NCBI RefSeq assembly: GCF_964355755.1
Contig: NC_092674.1
Location: 27,094,001 to 27,158,000 of the forward strand
Direction of reading: 5' to 3'
Length of the DNA: 64,000 nt
Origin: Antedon mediterranea
Lineage: Eukaryota > Animalia > Echinodermata
Shown: piece after piece, positions 1-11,700 of the stretch
Layout: each line of letters starts with the position of its first letter
How positions within the stretch are numbered: position 1 is the stretch's first letter
Notes under the pieces: generated by a model
What the model was told of the DNA's origin: nothing
Database searches by the model: none
Seen by the model: the letters and a program-made list of their open reading frames with translations, nothing else
Position numbers and translations under genes: made by a program

Positions 1-3000
1 ATCAAAAAAATAAAAGGGTCGAAAAATGGCAATTTTTCGAAAATTTTCCTGTACTATAGTAAAGGGATTTTTTCCAAAAATGGCAAAATTTCGACCTTTT
101 TATTTTTGATAAAACTAGTTACTATAGCATAATTGACATGCGCAGAACGCAATATTCGACTCTGCGCATGTTTATTTTGCTATAGTAACCATTTATGTCA
201 GAAAATAGATAAAACTGGTTACTATAGCATAATTGACATGCGCAGAACCTAATATTCGACTCTGCTCATGTTTATTATGCTATAGTAACTATTTATATCA
301 AAAAATAAAAGGGTCGAAAAATGGCAATATTTCGAAAATTTCCCTGTACTATAGTACAGGGATTTTTTCAAAAAATGGGAAAATTTCGACTTTTTTATTT
401 TGCGTTAAAACTGGTTACTATAGCATAATTGACATGCGCAGAACCAAATATTCAACTCGGCGCATGTTTAGTATGCTATAGTAACTATTTACATCAGAAA
501 ATAGATAAAACTGGTTACTATAGCATAATTGACATGCGCAGAACCAAATATTCAACTCGGCGCATGTTTAGTATGCTATAGTAACTATTTACATCAGAAA
601 ATAGATAAAACTGGTTACTATAGCATAATTGACATGCGCAGAACCTAATATTCGACTCTGCACATGTTTATTATGCTATAGTAACTATTTATATCAAAAA
701 ATAAAAGGGTCGAAAAATGGCGATTTTTCGAAAATTTCCCTGTACTATAGTAAAGGGATTTTTTCCAAAAATGGGAAAATTTCGACCTTTTTGTTTTTGA
801 TAAAACTAGTTACTATAGCATAATTGACATGCGCAGAACGCAATATTCGATTCTGCGCATGTTTATTTTGCTATAGTAACCATTTATGTCAGAAAATAGA
901 TAAAACTGGTTACTATAGCATAATTGACATGCGCAGAACCTAATATTCGACTCTGCGCATGTTTATTATGCTATAGTAACTATTTATATCAAAAAATAAA
1001 AGGGTCGAAAAATGGCAATATTTCGAAAATTTCCCTGTACTATAGTACAGAGATTTTTTCAAAAAATTGCAAAATTTAGACCTTTTTATTTTGCGTTAAA
1101 ACTGGTTACTATAGCATAATTGACATGCGCAGAACCAAATATTCGACTCGGTGCATGTTTAGTATGCTATAGTAACTATTTATATCAAAAAATAGATAAA
1201 ACTGGTTACTATAGCATAATTGACATGCGCAGAACCTAATATTCGACTCTGCACATGTTTATTATGCTATAGTAACTATTTATATCAAAAAATAAAAGGG
1301 TCGAAAAATGGCAATATTTCGAAAATTTCCCTGTACTATAGTACAGGGATTTTTTCAAAAAATTGCAAAATTTAGACCTTTTTATTTTGCGTTAAAACTG
1401 GTTACTATAGCATAATTGACATGCGCAGAACCAAATATTCGACTCGGCGCATGTTTAGTATGCTATAGTAACTATTTATATCAAAAAATAGATAAAACTG
1501 GTTACTATAGCATAATTGACATGCGCAGAACCTAATATTCGACTCTGCACATGTTTATTATGCTATAGTAACTATTTATATAAAAAAATAAAAGGGTCGA
1601 AAAATGGCAATATTTCGAAAATTTCCCTGTACTATAGTACAGGGATTTTTTCAAAAAATTGCAAAATTAAGACCTTTTTATTTTGCGTTAAAACTGGTTA
1701 CTATAGCATAATTGACATGCGCAGAACCTAATATTCGACTCTGCGCATGTTTAATATTCTACAGTAACTATTTATATCAAAAAATAAAAGGGTCGAAATA
1801 TAGCAATTTTTCGAAAATTTTCCTCTACTATAGTACAGGGATTTTTTTTTTAAATGGCAAAATTTCGACCTTTTTATTTTGCGATAAAACTAGTTACTAT
1901 AGCATAATTGACATGCGCAGAACCCAATATTCGACTCTGCGCATGTTTATTTTGCTATAGTAACCATTTATGTCAGAAAATAGATAAAACTGGTTACTAT
2001 AGCATAATTGACATGCGCATAACCTAATATTCGACTCTGCGCATGTTAGTTATGCTATAGTAACTATTTATATCAAAAAAATAAAAGGGTCGAAAAATGG
2101 CAATTTTTCGAAAATTTTCCTGTACTATAGTAAAGGGATTTTTTCCAAAAATGGCAAAATTTCGACCTTTTTATTTTTGATAAAACTAGTTACTATAGCA
2201 TAATTGACATGCGCAGAACGCAATATTCGACTCTGCGCATGTTTATTTTGCTATAGTAACCATTTATGTCAGAAAATAGATAAAACTGGTTACTATAGCA
2301 TAATTGACATGCGCAGAACCTAATATTCGACTCTGCTCATGTTTATTATGCTATAGTAACTATTTATATCAAAAAATAAAAGGGTCGAAAAATGGCAATA
2401 TTTCGAAAATTTCCCTGTACTATAGTACAGGGATTTTTTCAAAAAATGGGAAAATTTCGACTTTTTTATTTTGCGTTAAAACTGGTTACTATAGCATAAT
2501 TGACATGCGCAGAACCAAATATTCAACTCGGCGCATGTTTAGTATGCTATAGTAACTATTTACATCAGAAAATAGATAAAACTGGTTACTATAGCATAAT
2601 TGACATGCGCAGAACCTAATATTCGACTCTGCTCATGTTTATTATGCTATAGTAACTATTTATATCAAAAAATAAAAGGGTCGAAAAATGGCAATATTTC
2701 GAAAATTTCCCTGTACTATAGTACATGGATTTCTTCAAAAAATGGGAAAATTTCGACCTTTTTATTTTCCGTTAAAACTGGTTACTATAGCATAATTGAC
2801 ATGCGCAGAACCAAATATTCAACTCGGCGCATGTTTAGTATGCTATAGTAACTATTTACATCAGAAAATAGATAAAACTGGTTACTATAGCATAATTGAC
2901 ATGCGCAGAACCTAATATTCGACTCTGCACATGTTTATTATGCTATAGTAACTATTTATATCAAAAAATAAAAGGGTCGAAAAATGGCGATTTTTCGAAA

Positions 3001-4200
3001 ATTTCCCTGTACTATAGTAAAGGGATTTTTTCCAAAAATGGGAAAATTTCGACCTTTTTGTTTTTGATAAAACTAGTTACTATAGCATAATTGACATGCG
3101 CAGAACGCAATATTCGATTCTGCGCATGTTTATTTTGCTATAGTAACCATTTATGTCAGAAAATAGATAAAACTGGTTACTATAGCATAATTGACATGCG
3201 CAGAACCTAATATTCGACTCTGCGCATGTTTATTATGCTATAGTAACTATTTATATCAAAAAATAAAAGGGTCGAAAAATGGCAATATTTCGAAAATTTC
3301 CCTGTACTATAGTACAGGGATTTTTTCAAAAAATTGCAAAATTTAGACCTTTTTATTTTGCGTTAAAACTGGTTACTATAGCATAATTGACATGCGCAGA
3401 ACCAAATATTCGACTCGGCGCATGTTTAGTATGCTATAGTAACTATTTATATCAAAAAATAGATAAAACTGGTTACTATAGCATAATTGACATGCGCAGA
3501 ACCTAATATTCGACTCTGCACATGTTTATTATGCTATAGTAACTATTTATATCAAAAAATAAAAGGGTCGAAAAATGGCAATTTTTCGAAAATTTCCATG
3601 TACTATAGTACAGGGATTTTTTCAAAAATTTCGACCTGCGCATGTTTAGTATGCTATAGTAACTATTTATATCAAAAAATAAAAGGGTCCAAAAATGGCC
3701 ATTTTTCGAAAATTAGTACAGGGATTTTTTTTTTAAATGGCAAAATTTCGACCTTTTTATTCTTCGATAAAACTAGTTACTAAAGCATAATTGACATGCG
3801 GAGAACCCCATATTCGACTCTGTGCTTGTTTATTTTGCTATAGTAACCATTTATGTCAAAAAATAAATAAAACTGGTTACTATAGCATAATTGACATGCG
3901 CAGAACGCATTATTCGACTCTGCGCATGCTTATTATTCTTCAGTAAACAGTTATGTCAACAAATCAAAAGGTCAAAAATTGGCAATTTTTCAAAAATGTC
4001 TCTGTACTTGGAATTTTTTCCAAAATCGGCCAAATTCCTATATCATAAATTAGCATGCACAAAAAAAAAATTTCTGCGCATGCTACCTCAAATGTATTTT
4101 GAAAAGGGTATATATTGGTCATTTTTTTAAAATCCATGTTCTAAGGTTTTTTCGGAAAATCGGCCAAATCTCGACCCTCATTTTTTGGCATGTGCAGAAT
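1..4200. repeat. Tandem satellite of two ~98-100 bp palindromic monomers (A and B), mainly in A-A-B ~296-bp units; decays after ~3600; runs off the left edge
   Basis: Monomer A: GTTACTATAGCATAATTGACATGCGCAGA-loop-TCTGCGCATGTTTATTATGCTATAGTAAC. Monomer B: AAAAGGGTCGAAAAATGGCAA...CCCTGTACTATAGTACAGGG...GCAAAATTTCGACCTTTTT. The repeated MTCAEPNIRL ORFs recur at multiples of ~99, 197 and 296 bp. Confidence 0.97.
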
Positions 4201-4480
4201 GACACAATGTTTTTAAAAATAGATATTTTGGCCAAACAGTACTTTGAAAAAATAACTATTTTCCAGAATCTCCTTTACGTGTCTTTCTATTTTAATTCCA
4301 CCAATATGGCGTATGTGATGTGCAAAACAGTAATAGTAATGGGATTTTTTTTTAATGTGAACTAATTTCTATAGTATTCATAATGCACATTTAGCGCGCC
4401 ATACACCCTGACCTGGATCGACTGGAGCTGTAAACAATGCTTCTTTGGCAGGATCGGGCACTAGATCAACTGACACAAGA

Positions 4481-7400
4481 ATGCTTATTACTTCTCATTT
4501 AGGCAATGTGATTTGGGTGACTTTTCACCATCATGGAGAAACATGCTCATTAAAGGCACAGGCATTCCAGTTACACCTACAAAGGGAGTTCATCCCCATT
4601 GGAAATGTCCCATGCTATGACATCCAAGCCAATCATTTACATTGTGTTGTACATCACTTAGTTGAAAATGATAGTACAGGCTTGGTTACGTTAAACATGG
4701 TATTACATGCAGATTTAGATGAAAAATTCACTTACTACATTCTGCAAGTAACCACTCATGCAATTAAAATGATATCAAAGTTTAATCTACCTTATGAAAT
4801 ATTGCCAGATCATGCCAATCTTACAGATGGACCAAATGTTGTCTGGTTGCACGGAGGTAACATCTTTGTTTATAATGCTACTGATAAATTGCAGAAAGTT
4901 GTACCTAGATATAACTCAACTGCTGGTGGTGGTGATCTTTTCTGGTCTGGAATGATTGGCACAGATCTTGTGACAATAGGCAGAATAAAAGAGAAAAATG
5001 ATGACGTTGGTATTGATCAACACCTGATGTCTTTCCCAAGTACCTATCGCTTTATCAAAATACTTTTGAGAGGTGGATTACAAAAGAGTTTTTTCAAACT
5101 TATTCCGGATGTTTATGCAGATATTGTTACGGTTGTAAATGTGTGTGATGATTCTGTTATTATCTGCACAAAAGAAAATCAGTTGATATCATTTCAAAAT
5201 GGAAAGACAAAGAATCTCTGTCGACTACCATTTAAAGACGCTGTTGCAATGGATGTTGCTGTTGTGGCTGGTGGCAAGAAATTGATTGTCATTTCTTCTC
5301 GCTGTTCAGAAGTTTGCTGTGTTTGGTCTAACACTTTTGAGGTATTGTTCACTAACAATGTCAATGATAATCCAAACGTTTTTAGGTTGCATCGCGAATA
5401 AACGCTAGTAAAGTGAGGTTTTTTACATAAGAATTAATTATGAAAATAAAATTTTTATTTAAAATTAACACAAAAATCACTTTCGAAGAGCTTCTGCTTT
5501 TAACGAAGCTAAAAATTTTGCAACCAATCGTAGCGCAGGAAATAAGTTGTCATGCATTCATGAGCACTCATGTGAATCAAATAGCTTAGTAGACAAGCGA
5601 TGGAATTAAAAATTGTAGCTATTCGCTCTTGTAGTAGAAAAGGTAGTGATTTTTTCTCTCCTGTAACATTGGATTTGCATTAACAATTTTTCCTAGTGTA
5701 AAACAGACGTTTTGCTGCTTCAGATATTGTTACTTTTACTTTTTACAGATTGCAGCAAGTTGGAACGGTATCTCCAGAGTTCTTGTAGATGATTTTTACA
5801 ATTATGGCAGTGATCAAATTCTTCTTCTTAGCACCAACTCTATTCACACCAACATTTTTACAGGATTCATGTTAACAGATTTACTTTGCTATAACATCAA
5901 AGAGGTAAATTGAATGATTCTTGGTCGCGGAAGATGTATGATTAAATTTGGATATCAAATTGTTTACTGTTTTATTTTCAGGGTGATGGAGATGTAGTTG
6001 AAGACGGCACAACTGTTTCACAGAACAACTTGACATCTGCTGTCAGAGCTCTACAAAAGCGAATGCAGGTATACCATCCTACATGTCAAGTATCGCGCAT
6101 CTGGCATGAGTTTCACGCTTTTTCAACAATCTCAATCTTCATTTTATTAAACCAAACTTTTAAAATTCTGTCGTTTATGAGGCATAGAATCATCAATCCT
6201 AGGCCAAAAACAAGTAAAACAATGTACCATCAGGTGTAGTCTACAGCAGGGAGATTATTTTACATCTCCCTGTCTACAGTATAAATTGAATGTCCTTAAA
6301 TATATATATATTTTTTTCCAATAGGTTAGTGTTGCTGCCGTGAAACAAAGCCGAATACAGCTCACAGAAAAAGTTAGAATGATTCATCAATCCCACAAAG
6401 CATTAGTCAAAATGGCAACTGACATGAATGATAATGCAGACCGTTCAGATCAAATGGTAATGCAATTAAAGTTTACTGGTTTTAAAGTTACTTTTCTTAA
6501 ATTGGTAACTAATATCGAAAGAATTATCCATTATAAAAAGTAAACTAAAATTGATTAATAAATTCTAAAATGTTATTTCTTTTCTTTTTAAAGTCGTTGG
6601 TTTGTCTTTATGATGGATTAAGCCACAAAAGCATGTCTGGTACTAATGCAGTGCAGATAGATAACAAGAATACCGAGTATCATCCTTCTGTTTCCTCACC
6701 ATGGCAACGTCTTGTAGGAGATGAGTGGATTGTAGCAATGGAAGTTGAAAACACAACTCGCAAGTAAGTAGAAATACCAAGCAGGTTATAGGCAACAACC
6801 AAACTAAACCCGATTTTGTTCAACTAAAGTCATATCTGACACTATAAAGGTTATAGGCCACAACCAAATTGACCCACCAGAGTGTAACGACCACAACCAA
6901 GACTAAATGTCAATAGCTATAACATTGTTTCTCATTTCAGATCCATTCAGAAGTTGGCGATTTCCCTGATTCATAGAGATAGTGGTCAACATCCCATTGT
7001 CTTTAAAACTAGGAGTAGTCTGTATGTACAAAACAAATTCGAACTCAAAGGAACCATTTTTGAGGAGCCTGTACAGAAGCGTTTGAAACCCCAACCTAAC
7101 AACCCTAAGCCGCTAAAAACTATTTTACATCCAACTGAACGTGCATTTATATGTGCAGTTACAAAACTACCATCTTTTGTGCAGTCATATTTGGTGTGTA
7201 ATTTAGTGTTGCACTGGAAATCATGTACGGAGGACATGTCTCGTCCACTTGAAAGCATCGGTGTTGGAAGTGTTTCTCTGACAGCCTCTGATGTAGCCAA
7301 GGGTGACCTGCAAGTCACTTTGCAAGAATTTTGTGGTATGTGTAGCCTAGCATAAATGTAATATATACGCAGTTTTTAGATACTGTACCAGACGTTTCTT

Positions 7401-8140
7401 TAGGTTAGGTAAATGCATTTCTTTGTACTATAGGTGAGTTGACTGATCATGAGGAAATTACCCTCAATGCGGTTCAACTACAGACAACCGTAAACATTAC
7501 AAGTCAACATAGCAACATCAGTCAATTAGACTCGTTCATCCAGACTTCATTCAAGTTTCTACCAATTGCAAACAATGGCCTCATTTGTACGTCTGGAGCA
7601 TTCAGTCTATGCAGAATTTATATCACGGTTCTCAATGCAAAAAGCGTATTGGCAGAAATTTATACAAGGTATTGTAAATTTACTGCATTTTTTTGTACAA
7701 GTTGTGCTAGATTAAACTCACTCACTCTCTTAACTATCTTTTAACTTCCCAGAGACGAGAAGTGTTTACATCTACTTGTTCATTCCTTGCAAGACATGCT
7801 TCCTGATGATGTCATCATCACGCCAACCCAATCACGTGTGACCTCCGCAAGTAAAAACGCACTTGATGAACTAGAAAAGGAAATAACTACAAAACTTAAA
7901 ATTCTAACCACTCACAAATTTGATGACAAAGTGGAAGAAGTGAAAGATGATAAAGAAAAAACAAAATCTGTAGAAGAGTGGAGGAAAGCGTTTGTGAACG
8001 AACAAATGTCAACCAAGTGCAACTCGTCAACAAAAACAATAGACAGTCATACAGCTGTAACCATGGAAATTGAAGACCTGAAAAGAAAGGTTGCAACAGA
8101 CAATGCTTTTATGGAATTTGCTATAATTTCTGACAAGTAA
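4481..8140 (+). CDS. FANCB: Fanconi anemia group B protein; coding exons 4481-5341, 5749-5904, 5982-6068, 6325-6456, 6594-6763, 6941-7335, 7434-7668, 7753-8140
   Basis: Motifs [43 protein letters not shown] and IAASWNGISRVLVDDF..GSDQILLL resemble vertebrate FANCB as recalled ([44 protein letters not shown]). All introns GT-AG with matching phases. Start is the first in-frame ATG; an upstream exon is possible. Confidence 0.92.
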
Positions 8141-8709
8141 ACGTACAATGAGAAATAAATGAGAAACTAATTGACCAAATTTTTGTAATGTCGATTTATT
8201 TCAATGTTTTCATTATAAATATAGTATTATGTGAACAAAATTATTTTGTTAACTTCAATAAAGACCTGGCCAGAGTAATCGAACTTGATTTATTTTACAC
8301 TTAATGTGACGTAACTGTAAAAAGACAAGTGCAACTACAATATATTTATACATTTATTCTTAAACCCTGTAACAGTTTTTTTTGCACCAACTTAAATTCA
8401 AATGAAGTACAAATATTTCTTATTTCTTGTTTAATGTATTATAGTTTAAATTCAATAGCACCGCCAATAGCGATCATAGCTTGTGTTTCTTCTTTCCTTC
8501 TGAGGAACTACTTCTATGGAATGCATAATATATTGCTGAAATTAAGCCTCGATAATTTTTTATTTTATTTTTTATTATTCAATAAATAATATTGTTGAGA
8601 AGAGGAACAAATTAATACAGTATATAAAGCATAAAGCAATAGTATCTGCCTCTAAAGCACCACCAACAAGATAACATTTTTTTTAAATATATCCCATGCA
8701 TAAGCAATA

Positions 8710-11700
8710 TTATCTATCTGCCTCTGACGTCTCCAAGCACCATGAACAAGCATTTTGGAACATCTTCATCCACGGTGACGCTTGTAATGTCTCCCGCCAA
8801 TCTTGCGGCATCCATGGCCATTGCCACGTCAAAGTTGTACGCTCTGGATGAGGCATGATCGCCAGATGACGGCCATCTGCGGAGCAAATTGCCGCTATGC
8901 CATTGGGTGAGCCGTTGGGGTTCAACGGGTATTCAGTTGTCACTTCTCCTTTGTCATCGACAAAGCGCACTGGTGCAAGATTTTCAGACAGAACTGTGTC
9001 TTTTGTTTCTTTGTTAGAAAACTTCATGTGCCCTAGAGAGAAACAATTTGAGTTGAGTACATTTAATAACATTTTTAGTTAAATTAAAATATAAGTTGGT
9101 ACTAAACATCCATCATTATCAAGAGGTATCAATATCTAACCTTCTCCATGCTGTGTCCAGACACCAAGCACAGAGCCTTCCATTCCTTTCAGCATTAAAG
9201 CAGGGCTTTCATTAATCTTTACAGCAACAAAACGAGACTCAAAACGCTCGGAAAGATTATGAGCAAGATGGACTCCTTGCTGAGCTGATGCTGCGTCTAA
9301 AAGACAATAACAAATAATTCATAATAAACATTAATAGTCTGTCAACAAATGGATATCAAAAAGTAGTTCATATTTTCTTTTTACTTGTCAAAGAGGCATA
9401 CCTGCTTTACACCGGTGTCCTACTACCACTACACTACTTACTAAATATACCTCATGATACCTTACCTGTAGTAAGCTCCTTGGTGACATCCGGAGCAACC
9501 CAGCCTAGCAGGCCCATTAGTTGGCAGCCATTGCATACACCCAGTGAGAAAGTGTCTTTCCTTGCTCTAAATGCATCAAACTGAGCACGCACAGCTGGGT
9601 TGAACAAAATAGTTGCTGCCCAACCTAAAATGATTAATAAACATTATTTAAATAATAATATAAGTAGTTCTTTGATAGTAAACCAATAAAACTTACGTTG
9701 GCAAGACAGTTTCGTCTAGCTGTCAGCTTGACTTCTTCAGTTGCTACTGAAGAAGTCAAGCTGACAGCTAGACGAAACTGTCTTGCCAACGTAAGTTTTA
9801 TTGGTTTACTATCAAAGAACTACTTATATTATTATACGAATCGAAACCAGAAGAAATGTTTTCATTATTATTTAAATAAACTAGAATAAATATCTATTTA
9901 GGTTACTATCTGTCTAATACTAGTATAATACTTGGTTACTGCTCCAGCATGTATTTTTGCTATGCTACAAAAAGTTCAATCAGAAAAGTATACCTTTTGC
10001 GGAACCACAAACGTCTGCAAAACTGAAACCGCCAACAAAAACCACTCCACGAAATTGATCGAGAGCGACTTTACCGCAAGCTAAATCTTGCATATTGATG
10101 TCCCATGTTTCAAAGCCAGCCATGTGTAGTGTTGAACTCATCTCTCGATCTCCATTACTGCCTTCCTCACGGATCACAGCAACCTTTGGTTTCATTCCAT
10201 CTATGGAAGGCCAATTATGATTATGTATATTGTAACTAATGAGCCAAATTTAACTTGTATTACTTTAACAAATTAAAATTCAGAACAAGATAATCAATAT
10301 TCCAAAATTGGTTCTAACCTTTAGAGCATCCATTTTTAACAGAATTCAGATTTGTTGCAACTGGGTCAAAGGTTAATTTAAATGGTGGTGCTGTTCTATT
10401 TGCTAAATTGCGTTGCTCCACTTCAACACACTCTGGATTTGCTTGTAGTTTTTCCAGTTGAAAACTAGTCTCTTCCCACACGTCTCTAAGAACAGTCATC
10501 TTTTCATTCAAGACTTCTTTCTCATTTACTGAGATGACAACCTATAATTTACATATAAAAAACATTCTAAAAACTATCATAAATGATAAATGATTATAAA
10601 TAAATGTTCAAATATTGCTTCCATTTAAAAAAAAAAACTTACCATTGACCCTTGACCTGATCCACTGGAGTGACCAATTAGAGAACAAGGAACATTATTG
10701 TCACTGAACTGTCTACAAATGTCCTCACTAGCATTAGCTGTTACTTCTAACACCAGCCCTAGTTCTTCAGCAAACAGAATATCAATTGCAGTTACTGAAA
10801 ATAAATATATAAAGTTTTACAATGTATTATTGCTTACCAGAGGTTCTGGAACCATATGAAAGATTAAAATGATCCATTCAAGGCATGTGTAGAGATAGCA
10901 TAATGCTTACCATCAGTTTCGGAAAGTTTGACGTCAATACCACAATTCCCAGCAAACGCCATTTCTAATAATGTTGTTACAATACCGCCATCACTAATAT
11001 CATGACCAGTTGATATTTTTCCATCTACAAAAGGATACAAAATTGAATGTTATTCATATCTCTAAAGCTCTGTCTACACTATCAAACTTTATGCGACAAA
11101 AAATGCGATATGCCCATATATGGACATGATATCATATCACTAGCATTTTTAGGCATATCACTACCCTATTTAGGCACATCACATTTTTTTGTCAAACTAG
11201 TTTGATAGTGTAGACAGCGCTTTATATTATAACTACAAGTAAATGGATTTTTTGTAAACGTCTAATTAATAAGTCTATGAAAATGACTACCTTTGATAAG
11301 ATTTTGCGTTGTGTTGAAAGCCCTTACAAACGTTTCTGGTTCATCGAGATCAGGCGAGGATTGTCCGAGTTGATTATAGCACTGAGCGAGGGCACTACCA
11401 CCTAACCGGTTATGCCTTTTACCAAATGAAACCCAGAGCAAAGTCCCTGAAATAGAATATGTAAAGTCTTGTTTATAAATATATTATATTTTTTGTTTGT
11501 TTAGGTAGTTAATTTAATTGTAGCTAACAAAATGTGCAATGTTATATTCACTTTACCTTTACTGTCTGGACATTTAAGGTCAGGGGTCACAGTTGCAGTA
11601 ATATCTGGGCATGCCACATACACAGACACAACCAATGCACCTAAAAAATTGTAATTGATATTTCATTATTAGTAAGTAAATGGAGTAAAGAAGTGTATTA

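Noticed and set aside
233-4130. Repeated MTCAEPNIRL ORFs as a peptide gene family
   Set aside because: They start at TTG, fall out of the satellite period and break by frameshift between copies.
1-4200. CRISPR-like array
   Set aside because: Palindromic repeats are separated by other repeats, not unique spacers; eukaryotic context, no cas genes.
9698-9889. 63-aa ORF over the palindrome
   Set aside because: Intronic, TTG start, explained by the inverted repeat.
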